A stretch of DNA of 63,700 nt, the filler included, from Dimorphilus gyrociliatus (Eukaryota > Animalia > Annelida), in assembly GCA_904063045.1 (NCBI GenBank). It is 3 parts of 3 records of this genome, joined end to end, with 100 filler letters (N's around TTAATTAATTAA, not from the genome) between each part and the next. Parts side by side here need not be neighbours in the genome. Positions count along the whole stretch, not along the records: positions 26,454 to 54,530 come from CAJFCJ010000265.1; positions 54,631 to 63,700 come from CAJFCJ010000192.1; 1 more part is not named here. One strand, given 5' to 3'. The notes under the pieces were generated by a model that was given only the letters and a program-made list of their open reading frames with translations, did no database searches and was not told where the DNA came from. Every line of letters starts with the position of its first letter. Positions within the stretch are counted from its first letter, which is position 1. The translations under genes were made by a program, and so were the position numbers. Positions 49,106 through 59,575 of this stretch are shown here, piece after piece.

Positions 49106-49499
49106 TTTTTCCTTTATTTAATAAATGAAATTGTTTATACTACTCAAGTAGAATAACCGTTGCAATTTTCAAAGAACTCTCATTGTAAACTTGTTAGGCT
49201 TAGGGTTTGTAAAGGTTTTTTTTTTGACTTTATCAAAAAAGAGACACAGAATTCTCTCATTTCAAGAGTCCCAATTGTTTGTACCTATTTAGATGTCTAG
49301 AATGGTTACAGTATGCATTATATTGTGATAACCACTACTAAACAGGTTTACTGTGGTTATAGCTATTTTATAATCATACAATTCTCATACTAAAATATTT
49401 TTAAATACTAAGAGATTTATATAAAGTTAGTTTAGTCTTTTTTTCATTCTTCATCTTTTCAAATTTTTAATTAAACTTCTTCATTTCAAAGACACAAAT

Positions 49500-49705
49500 G
49501 ATTCAGTTGTTTCATCAAGTGAACAAGCAACAGCTTTTCATGAAGTTTTGAGCAATTTGGAGTGCAAATTGTGCTGTAGTAGTTATCTGATACATTGCTT
49601 TACCTTGTGGTCATGTGCTGCTTGAAAACAATGTATTTTGAGTCTTCCAAAACCTGAGTGTCCCTCTTGCAGAGCTCCTATTATAGAATATGTGATTTTT
49701 GATAC
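49500..49705 (+). pseudogene. Frameshifted C3HC4 RING finger fragment
   Basis: LECKLC..LPCGHV..C..PECPSCRAPI spread across frames. Confidence 0.6.
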
Positions 49706-49789
49706 AGATTTGGATAACTTAAATCTCCATTTTGGAGATCATCACTGAGTTAAACAGAAAATATGTTACAGCGACTGCCTAAAATAAAA

Positions 49790-50400
49790 TATAATCTTCA
49801 GATTAGGCCCATGTGGCCAACATGTGCCACTGCAAAGTAAGCCTGAGTCTTCAGCAAATGTTATTGAATAAGATGAATCAACTTTGACATGCATCTTTTC
49901 CATGATATTTGTTCCTTGTTAATTCCTTCCAGCCATTTTCAACTCAAAATCTTTAACCATAATTAGGCATAATATATATTGAAAAGATTAGCTAATGATA
50001 TCAATTCATTTTCAACTGCATATTTTACTGGCAAACACTTAATTGTAAATGCTCACAATTCCACACTAAGTCTCTTTAAGGCATGTTTTCCTATTCCAAC
50101 TGTTGTTTCTATCAAATTCAACCAATTTTTCTCCAACTCTCCCAACACAGAATAACTTTATTTTATTGATCTTTGAACTATTTATCAAAATATTTTGGAG
50201 TACATTCAGCTGAGATATTTCTATATCTAGTGCTTCACATATTTCAAATTTGATTCTATTCCAGCTAATATTAACTTTTTTACAGATTAGAGCAATTTTA
50301 ATAGCTCTCCAACAGCAAAAGATAACTCCATTCCCTCTCTTAAATTAAACTCAGGCTTTCCATGAAAGGATTTACATATAAATCTGGAATTGTGCCAAAA
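49790..50400 (-). pseudogene. Second NACHT-associated (helical/WH-like) remnant
   Basis: 49812-49925 is a diverged direct repeat of 42790-42905 (CMSKLIHLIQ vs CMSNLLHLIQ). Upstream extent approximate. Confidence 0.5.
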
Positions 50401-50447
50401 TCTATCAGACAGAAATTGTTGATTGGATGATTCTTTAAGAAATCAAA

Positions 50448-50740
50448 ACACTGTCATTTCCGAAAACAGAAAAAATTGTTGGACACCGCAATATTACTTT
50501 GGAATAGTATTTTATTTCTGCAAATTCTAGTCGATAGAATTTCGTTTCAGTATTTCTCATCTTCATGATCAGTGGTGTATTTAAATAATGCATCATCTAA
50601 CTCGAACTGTCGCCCATCATAGACCATTGCATTTGTTAGGTGCACATATTCTCAATTCATCTCAGGTCAGGGTTCCTTGCTGGCCAATCAATGGGCTTGA
50701 TGTCATTCTTTTTGAAGGCCGATGATCTACCGCAAAGTTT
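50448..50740 (-). mobile_element. Tc1 3' remnant
   Basis: KNDIKPIDWPARNPDLR*IENM at ~50645-50710; TIR-like CACTGTC..GTTGGACACC at 50448. Confidence 0.6.
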
Positions 50741-50872
50741 TGCAGTTGCCCAAGTTTGTGAAACTGAAAGAAAATTTTTCTTGCACTTCGAAATATTATC
50801 TAGTTCAAAATTACGGATTTAATGAACATTTTCTGTTTTATAGAATTGATATAAAAGTATATGAAAAAATTA

Positions 50873-51800
50873 CTATATTGCATCTTGACAGAGATTCCAA
50901 TTCGACGGAGGAGTCTTCCATTGCAGAGAGTAAATTGTTTGACTTTTTCTGCATGGTAATTGATAAACTTTCCTTCTCATATTCTCAAATGAAAGAGATA
51001 CAATGGAATTCGTTTCATTTTCAGCATGATCACGTGACATTGTATATCTTTGAGTTGATGGTTGTGTCAGGGTAGCTGTTTCAACCATATTCTCCGAAAT
51101 GGTACCTATTAGACAATTTGTTGATATTTCTGGAATTAGTGAAGATACTATAGATGATCTTGTTCTTTCAACTGCAACTGTTGAAGTGGTTCTATTTGAT
51201 TCTGAAATGGAATTAATATGTAAATATTCAACAAGAAAATTTTTTCATATTTAGTGTAGTGGTTGTTGATAATCCTTTGGAGAGACAGTAGTTGTTTTTC
51301 AATCGTTTGTTTGAAGTGCATCCATGTTTAACTCTGAGAAGAAAAGAATTAATCTGATCGATTGGCTAATCTGATGATCCTATTATCCTACAAAGTTTAG
51401 ATGATAAATCCCAATAGTAGCCACTTGCAATTTCGAGTCAGAAGGCCATTAGGATGGAGAACATTGTAGCAAATAGCAGTAGCTGATAGAAGTGTTTAAG
51501 GTAGTTGGCAAGACTAACGGCCTGTTCTCCATTGGCAGCGAATAGAGTAATATCATTGAGAGTATTTGAAGATAATCTTAATCCGTTATATATTGAATTA
51601 AAATCATTATTCGTAAATGTTATTGAATTTATATGCAGAGATTTCAATGTTGTAATAAATGTAATAAATGCAATTTGATACTACATTGCTGACACCCTAT
51701 CCGGATGGAGAAATAAGTGTACATTGAATTTGCCAAATTCTATGATTAGATTATCATTTAATTTCAAGTGAAAAGGTTTATTTTCTGAATTTTTACGAAA
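50873..51800 (-). pseudogene. Degenerate third LRR-family paralogue with S/T-rich tail
   Basis: FTNNDFNSIYNGLRLSSNTLNDITL matches the MGNGFxVICDGLKSSSN unit. Stops present. Confidence 0.5.
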
Positions 51801-52044
51801 TTTTTGAGAAAAGAACTTTTGTAGTTATAATATTGACCAAACTAAAGCTCTGCTTTTGGGAAAACTGGTAGATATCAAACTCTACATTACCAGGTGTATT
51901 TCATGACAAAGAAAGTAGTCCCTTACTTCCTGTTTCTAAGAGGTACATGTATAAGTTTCATAAAGTAATATAGTTCAAGCATAAAATATAACCAAAGTTG
52001 TCCAGTAAAAAACACAACTTTGACAGGTCTCTTGTTAGAGTTCT

Positions 52045-52370
52045 TTGTTTTTTTTTACCAGTTCTATGCCAGCTCCATCTATTATAAAAAAAGTTCTGCA
52101 ATTTCCATTCTACAACATAAAAGTTTTTCTAAATTTCCATCATTCTAATTCCTACAAAAGAGAGGTATATCCAAACTAATACTCGGATTAAATCAAGGCT
52201 TACAAAGATAGAATGTGCTGATTACTTTAGATGTAAAAGGAACTTTGGAAACCCTTTTATTTTATAGGAATTAGAATGATGGAATTTTATAAAGACTTTC
52301 ATTTTAAGAGATGGGAATTGCAGGACTTTCTAAAACAGATGGACTTGCTCTGGAACTGGTAAAAGAACAA
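52045..52370. mobile_element. MITE-like foldback: ~120-bp imperfect inverted arms around an ~85-bp spacer
   Basis: TTACCAGTTC..TCCATC..TTCCATCATTCTAATTCCTA (52045-52166) is inverse to TAGGAATTAGAATGATGGAA..GATGGA..GAACTGGTAA (52252-52370). No TSD identified. Confidence 0.7.
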
Positions 52371-52499
52371 TGCAATTTAAAAATTTATAAGTCAAAGTTA
52401 TTCTATTTTACTTATTGCCAGTTATTGATAAGGCAGTTGTGCTGTGTAAAAACATATCTTTCTTCTTCTAAGTTTGTACTAGCTGTTTGTTTCGTTGTT

Positions 52500-54530
52500 T
52501 TACACCCTTCTAATAGAGAGTACAGTAAATGGTGTGAAAATTTCTGTACTAGCTTCAGGCCTATTTTTTTCCAAATATTTACAGACACAAATTTGACAAA
52601 TATTATTCAACTTTTATTAAAAATATTATAAGTTATTTATATTTCAAAAATATATGTCGTTTTTGAAGAATTTTTTTTAATATTGATCCAAGAGTGTAAA
52701 TATCACGAAGTTCTCTTTCATGTTCTTTGTGACATAAGTAATTCAAAAGTATATAAAAATTGGATGATTCAATCTAATAAAAGACAAAAATGAAAAAAAA
52801 AATAGATATATCCTGAACAGTTTGAAAAAAAAATTAAAATTGAAAAATAAAGAACACAAAACTTCATAGAATATATTTTCTATCGAAAAATCACCATTTA
52901 ATGAGAAATTATGATTATGAATGGAAAGTAGAGATTTTGTTAGATCCAGAAATAATTTGTTGTATTGACAATTTTGAAAAAAATCCTTATCCATTTTAAA
53001 TTTTTTAAATTTTAATTCTTGATAAGACTCAAATAATATCAATTTATTTGTCTTTTTATTTCTTATAAAGTCAATACCTGAAAAAAATTTATAGTATTAT
53101 TTCATTGTTGAGTAAATACAGTTTTGTATCTTTTGCTAAAGATTTGATAATAGTTGACCTAATTTTAATAAAAGTTTTAAAAACCTAATAAAAAAAATAT
53201 TTTTAGCAAATTACAGAAAGGTGAGTCAGTTTTTAATGTTTTTTTTTGTAAACTTTCACCAAATCTCTAGATATAAAATTGAAAAAAAAGAATAAAAAAT
53301 ACTTTACAAGAATGATAAGTTTCTGCAAGCAGTTTTTCATTTGAAATAGTCCTTTTGCAAAAAAAAAACAAAAAATTCATTTTTTACTTTTGGTTTCAAT
53401 TTTAAAAAAATATGAAAAAGAAAAAAAATTTACTTTTCTTTCTCTAGTTTTTGTTTGAAATGTTCTATTTTTTTATTTATTGCATCCATTGTCAAAATAA
53501 TTGGATTCAATACAGAATTGAATGGTAATATTAATGCAAATATAAAATGTTTAGTATTTTGGTTAACAGAGCTATTAGTGCCTAAAAATCCTGAAAAAAA
53601 ACAAATATAAATAAATGTACAAGCGAGATGTTATGCAATTTTAAAAATAAAAAAAATAAACCTATTGTTAAAATTGGAATCCAGAGTAAAAAACTTGAAA
53701 AGGTAGAGATAATAAATGTAATTTTGACTTTTTTCATCACAATGAAATTGATATTTTTATCATTTTTAAATTTTGCATAAGATTTCCTAATCATATATAT
53801 AATATGAAAATTTAATAGAAAAATGATACAACTCATCACAATCATAAGAATTATAGGAAATATAAAAATAATTGTAAAATTATAATAATAATTCAAATAA
53901 AAAATTGCAAAACAAAATGATGTTTGACTGTGATAATTCTAAAATAAATAAAAAATTGAAATGTAAAAATATCAATTTAAAAACAAAAAGAAAAAGTTGA
54001 TAACTTTGTCTATAGTAAAAGGTATAATTGACAAAAATGTACATAAAAATACTACAATAGCAACTAAAATTAATGGTTGACTTCTAAGACTATTTGTTGT
54101 CTTCAAAGGATTTAAAACTGCCATATGCTTTAGTAATGTCACAGCAAATAGGCTGGATGTTGACATTAATAGTGAGAATGTCATAAAAAATCCCAATATT
54201 TTACAAAATGCTGTTTCTTTCCAGTATGATTCATTTTCAAGAAATGTTTCATCAAAATAACTGTCAACTATTACCAATGTTAAAGTGTAAAGTGAAATTA
54301 TGAAATCACTCAGATTTATTAATGAAGAAAAATATTTTGAAAAGTGTTTTGTTGATAAAGTAAATGATAATGATATTATATTTCCAATACAACCAGCAAT
54401 TCCATAAAACCAACTTAAAACTTTTTGAATTTTTAATGTTATTAAATTTGAACATATTGGATAATTTTTTAATAATGGCTGACATTCTGAAAATTTGTTA
54501 TATTGACATTCTGAAAATTTGTTATATTTC
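52500..54530 (-). CDS. LGR/GRL101-like 7TM receptor with C-terminal kinase-like (pseudokinase) region; 5'-partial
   Basis: CQP..CSNLI..WFYGIAGCIGN (TM1), INLSDF (TM2), WKETAFCKILGF (TM3), QTSFC (ECL2), LLWIP (TM6) and LPFNSVLNPII (TM7) splice in frame. Downstream exons give LILFESY, LLSIH..LNGDFSIENIF, RDIYTLGSIL and C..KNRPEA. Confidence 0.75.
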
Positions 54531-54630
54531 NNNNNNNNNNNNNNNNNNNNNNNNNNNNNNNNNNNNNNNNNNNNTTAATTAATTAANNNNNNNNNNNNNN
54601 NNNNNNNNNNNNNNNNNNNNNNNNNNNNNN
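54531..54630. other. Artificial scaffold-joining spacer
   Basis: 44 N + TTAATTAATTAA + 44 N. Confidence 0.97.
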
Positions 54631-55724
54631 GTCACATGTGTAACATTGTATCTTCTACATAAACTATTTAATTGGTTGTTTATGAATTCTAGCCCATTAT
54701 CAGTGTGCAATATACACCAGGGCCCTTCAACTCAAAATAAACTTGCAAAAATGGAAGTTATGGTTATGGCCTATTTGTTCTTTATTCTATAACTAGCCCC
54801 AAACTTAGAGAAACAGTCTATTATGTTTAAAACATACTTGCAGCCGCTAATTGTTTCATGATATCTTGAAAAGTCTACTAAATCGGCTTGTAGCCTTTCA
54901 TGTATTGTGTCAACATAAATAGGCCGTAAAGGTGCTACATATTCGATAGGAATGACTCTTTGGCACCCCTCACATGAATTTACATAGCTTTTCAGGTTAG
55001 CCTCTTTTATATCTGCATACTGGACATCTATATCCTTCTTCATTTTCCTTGGACGTATGTCCAAGGAAGATGGAACTTTTTTATTATAAGATTTTTTCTT
55101 TCAAATTCAAAATCACATATACAGTTTGTAACAAAAAAAAAGATACAACGATTTTTATAAAGGAAGTTTTATCTAGTTTTTTGAGAAAACTACTTTTAAA
55201 GTCATCAATATAAGTTACATTAAAATAGTAATTTGTTTTTTTTTCGTACTTAAATTTCGATCACTTTTTGATTAAATTTTTGATTTTTGTAACAAAAAAA
55301 AAGATACAACTCTATAAAGATGTATTTTTAATGCCTATAATAACAAATAAAATATAGAAAAACTTTGAAAATGCACCTTACCCCCAATGATAAATTATCA
55401 GCTTTCAAGATATATGATTATACGTTTTTTCCAAAAATGGAAATGGCTGTTTTAAGTCAAAAAAATGCTAATTATATATGGAACAAGCTATATCTCTTTG
55501 TGTGCATTTGCGACGTTATATATTTTCTTTGATATAACTTATGCATATTTGATTAAATTTTATAACTTTTTTGTATGTTTACTACCATATTAGGAAGTTA
55601 TATTGTTTTTTTTTACTAAAAAATATTTTGTAAATATCATAAATAGAACACAATAGAGTAGATTTATACTTTGTATATTTCACTTTTTTAAATAAAGAAT
55701 AAATAATATTGTTTTAATTTTTTT

Positions 55725-56741
55725 TTAATACTTTAATGATTGTCCATTTTTCAAAATACATTCATAAATTCTTTTTTTGAATGATAAAGCTAACTTTTGG
55801 CATAATTCTATTGGTATTTGATGCCATACATGGATAATTGTTGTTTTTAACTCAGCTATTGTACGAACATTATATTTTTTTATCTCAGTTTTTACATAAT
55901 CCCATAAATTCTCTATTGGGTTAAGATCAGGCGACTGTGATGGCCATGGTATTTGTATTATATTCTGGTTTTCTATATATTCCTTTGTTAATTTTGCTGT
56001 ATGTTTAGGATCATTGTCCTGTAGAAGTATATATTCATTTCCTGTTAATTTTTCAGCAGATGGCTTTAATTCATCTCTTAGGATTTCTATATAACCTAGT
56101 GCATTCAGTTTATTTTCTATTATTTTTATACTGCCAACACCATTATAATTGAAACATCCCCATACCATTACACTTCCACCTCCAAATTTTACTGTTCGCA
56201 TCAAATTTTTCCCTTTATAACCCTCACCTCTTTTCCTCCAAACCTTAACCTTTCCATCAGATTGATATAAATTAAATTTGCTTTCGTCTGTAAACATAAT
56301 TTTCTTGTATGAACTCAGCCAATTAAAGTATATTTGTTTTGATATTTTAAGCCTTTGTTCAATATGTATAGGCTTAAGAAATGGTTTTTTTATTGGAGAA
56401 AAAGATTTGATATCCTGGTTGTTAAAATATCTCTTGATGGTCATATGAGATATTTTTTTATTAGTATCATTTAATACTTTTTCAGATACTTTTCTAAGGG
56501 ATCTCATAGGCTCTTCACTCAGCGACTTTTCAATAATTAGCTTAATTTCATTATTTATCATTCTCCTTCTCCCATTAAATCCTGAATGGCCAAAGGAACT
56601 CTTTCTACATTTTTGTATTGTCCTCCATATACTCATTCTGGTAACTCTATACTTTTCTGCTAGTGTAGCCATACTTATCCCCGAGTTAAATAATGTAAAA
56701 ATTTCTCTTCTTTCTTCTTCTGTGAATCGATAACCTTTCAT
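55725..56741 (-). CDS. Tc1 transposase (338 aa)
   Basis: FTDESKF, VKFGGGSVMVWG and QDNDPKH-34 aa-E in WPSQSPDLNPIENLW. Confidence 0.96.
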   Translation of the reverse strand: MKGYRFTEEERREIFTLFNSGISMATLAEKYRVTRMSIWRTIQKCRKSSFGHSGFNGRRRMINNEIKLIIEKSLSEEPMRSLRKVSEKVLNDTNKKISHMTIKRYFNNQDIKSFSPIKKPFLKPIHIEQRLKISKQIYFNWLSSYKKIMFTDESKFNLYQSDGKVKVWRKRGEGYKGKNLMRTVKFGGGSVMVWGCFNYNGVGSIKIIENKLNALGYIEILRDELKPSAEKLTGNEYILLQDNDPKHTAKLTKEYIENQNIIQIPWPSQSPDLNPIENLWDYVKTEIKKYNVRTIAELKTTIIHVWHQIPIELCQKLALSFKKRIYECILKNGQSLKY

Positions 56742-56744
56742 GGG
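56742..56744 (-). promoter_or_regulatory. CCC motif immediately upstream of ATG (microsporidian-type start-proximal signal)
   Basis: Minus strand TTTTACCC-ATG. The same arrangement occurs at 57526-57528 and at about eight other starts. Confidence 0.55.
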
Positions 56745-57904
56745 TAAAATTTATGAGAATCAGGTATAATTTTTTTTAGTATAAAAAAGTGAAATATACA
56801 AAGTATAAATCTACTCTATTGTGTTCTATTTATGATATTTACAAAATATTTTTTAGTAAAAAAAAACAATATAACTTCCTAATATGGTAGTAAACATACA
56901 AAAAAGTTATAAAATTTAATCAAATATGCATAAGTTATATCAAAGAAAATATATAACGTCGCAAATGCACACAAAGAGATATAGCTTGTTCCATATATAA
57001 TTAGCATTTTTTTGACTTAAAACAGCCATTTCCATTTTTGGAAAAAACGTATAATCATATATCTTGAAAGCTGATAATTTATCATTGGGGGTAAGGTGCA
57101 TTTTCAAAGTTTTTCTATATTTTATTTGTTATTATAGGCATTAAAAATAACATCTTTATAGAGTTGTATCTTTTTTTTTGTTACAAAAATCAAAAATTTA
57201 ATCAAAAAGTGATCGAAATTTAAGTACGAAAAAAAAACAAATTACTATTTTAATGTAACTTATATTGATGACTTTAAAAGTAGTTTTCTCAAAAAACTAG
57301 ATAAAAATCGTTGTATCTTTTTTTTTGTTACAAACTGTATATTCTTTGATTTCATTTCCATTTCTTAGGTACAAACACTCATCTCTTAGTAAAAAAGAGG
57401 CTGCTTTCTCTCTAAGGCTTTTTTTTTTGAACTTTACTTAAGCCTTCTGGATACTCTCTAGTTCTGATGTATGAAATTAATAAATTTTTTTCTCTTAAGG
57501 TAGATATTTTAACAATATTAGCCATGGGATAAAAATTAGATTGAAAACTATGGTTGCTTTATTTTTAGATACAATCAGATATGGGAATTTGTGGTATAAA
57601 GTATCAGGGAAGTACAAAAAATAGTTAATAAATAAAAAAGTCGAATTCAATCCTTGGAATTATATTTGAATAAAAATAGGCTTTAAATTTACGAATAAAT
57701 GTATTTAAGTTAAAAATATTTTATTTTATAATTTTATACTAATTTAATACAAATTTTTTTTCTATTAATTTAAAGAGAGGTTGATTCGTCCTTACCAAAA
57801 TAACAAAAAAGAGGCTAAAATTAATAAAAAAAAGTAAATTTTATGGTAAATTAATAGGAAAATGGTGGTACGTTAATTCGTTGAGGGGGGTGGAATTCGA
57901 CCCA

Positions 57905-59216
57905 ACAATAATTTTTTTAACAACATTTGATGATTTTTGTTAAAAAACCGGACAGCTAACAAATCACTTACAACTGTATTCCCCCTATTTACTATAAATA
58001 AAGGCAAAAGTTCCCCGTATATAAGTGAACATCGGTCAATAGTTATGAAACAGTTAATATTGAGCTAAAATCAGAGGGGGAACTCAATTAGGAAAATATC
58101 GGAAAAAAAGCGTTTTAAAGTTAACATTTCGAGAAATAATAAAAAAAATGGTTTAATAAGGACAACGGGAAAAAAATAAGTGGATCTAGAAGAAGAAGCT
58201 CTATTAACAGCAAAGATTTGAAAAAATTCTTGATTATTGCTGATAACCCCCTATTCTTATCATCAAAAGAAGTAAAGAAAAATATATATCAGTGAATGTT
58301 ATGTAGTGGAAGAATAGTAAACACTCTTAATAAACCACAGATTTATTCGAGATTTGTTTTAAGACCCCCTTTTTTATCTAGGTTACATGAAAAATCACAT
58401 TTAAAATAGAGAGGAAAGAATATATCAAACACCGATAATGAATGGAATAGTATCATATAGGAGGATGAATTAAGGTTGAAATCGAGTGGGTCTGATGAAG
58501 AAGGCTTGGTATGGAAAGAACTGGTGAACAATTAAAAGAAAGATGTTTGATCCAAATTACTCAATTCGAAGGAAGGAATTTGATTTACTGGGAATGTATG
58601 TCCTCAGAAGTATAGGGAAACCTAGTTCAGGTTCAAAATAATTTAAACAATGCTAATTATCTTTATTTAATATCAAACATATAAGTAGATCAGCTGATTA
58701 AATATCCTTAAGCAGTTTTATTTTCAAACAAGATAACACTTCATGCCATATATCTACACTGACTAGACAATTTTTTGGTTAAATAGAATTAATGTGATGG
58801 GTTGGCCGGCGCAATCACCAGATTTAAATTCCACAAAGAATATTTAGGGCTCTTTAAAAGTAAGCGAGCAAAGAAATCATTTAAATCATTGATTGAGTTA
58901 TATCAAAAAAATTAATAAAATATGGAATAATATTCCAATTGAATATATAAAAATATGCATAAAATCAATAAAAGATATGGTGTAGGGGTATAAAAGCCAA
59001 TAAAGGCGATCCAATCAATTATTAAATTTTATTTTTTAAAAATGTCCGTTTTTTTTAAAATCATCAAATGTTATAAAAAATCAACTATAAAGATATGAAA
59101 GAAAGTAAACAAATCATTATAGAGAATATAATGTTTAATAAAATTCAAACAATCATGTTATATATCGGTGCTAAAAATCAAGTAAGTTTTAAGTTGTCCG
59201 GTTTATTCCTCCAGTA
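57905..59216 (+). mobile_element. Degenerate Tc1 element
   Basis: Inverted match 57912-57955 vs 59040-59085 (ACATTTGATGATTTT..CGGACA). Remnants KTPFL, EWNSII*EDE and WPAQSPDLN. Right end TTGTCCGGTTTATTCCTCCAGTA|TA; outer left end lost. Confidence 0.75.
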
Positions 59217-59224
59217 TATACATA

Positions 59225-59575
59225 CCAACAGAGAAATATAAATGAAATGTCTGTTATTCTCGATTTACCGAACTAGATAGTACACAGAATTTTACAAAAA
59301 TATAAACAAACTGGAGTATTAACATTAACGCCAAAAAGCAAGGGCATGGGTAAAGAATCCTGTTATACAAAGTATGTAGGTGGCTTTGTAAATCTATTAA
59401 ATAATGATGAAACTCCGAAGTTACCCCCCATCAGAGGCACTTCATTAAAAATATAACATCAAAACAGCATATAGTAATAGCGATCGAATAATAAATTTTA
59501 CATTATTCTATAAAACCCCTTTTTGTAATCCCAGCTTCAAGAAACACAGAAAGAATTATATATTTGAAAAATATA
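59225..59575 (+). mobile_element. IS630/Tc1-like N-terminal remnant truncated by the next element
   Basis: SVILDLPN*IVHRILQKYKQTG..HYSIKPLFVIPASRNTE, the same style as the 9385 remnant. Confidence 0.6.

Larger units (their letters stand above)
55122..57337 (-). mobile_element. Intact Tc1 (DD34E) element with very long TIRs (569/556 bp)
   Basis: TA|CAGTTTGTAAC ... GTTACAAACTG|TA. Arms 55122-55690 and 56782-57337 are near-identical apart from a 14-bp and a 1-bp indel. TTTGTAACAAAAAAAAAGATACAAC is repeated ~165 bp inside each arm. Confidence 0.95.
54631..57525 (-). pseudogene. Retroviral-type (Ginger/KRBA2-like) integrase gene split by a Tc1 insertion; 3'-partial
   Basis: CCC-ATG at 57525 then MANIVK..YPEGLSKVQKKSLREKA..LY. 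Excising 55122-57337 plus one TA gives in-frame IKEY|ICDFEF..FH. Then CEGCQ, LQADLVD, IIDCFSKF and LHTDNGLEF, with later frameshifts and stops. Confidence 0.8.

Noticed and set aside
54481-54530. 24-bp tandem duplication (YNKFSECQ x2) in the receptor hinge
   Set aside because: It lies at the very end of a scaffold and is probably a contig-end artefact.
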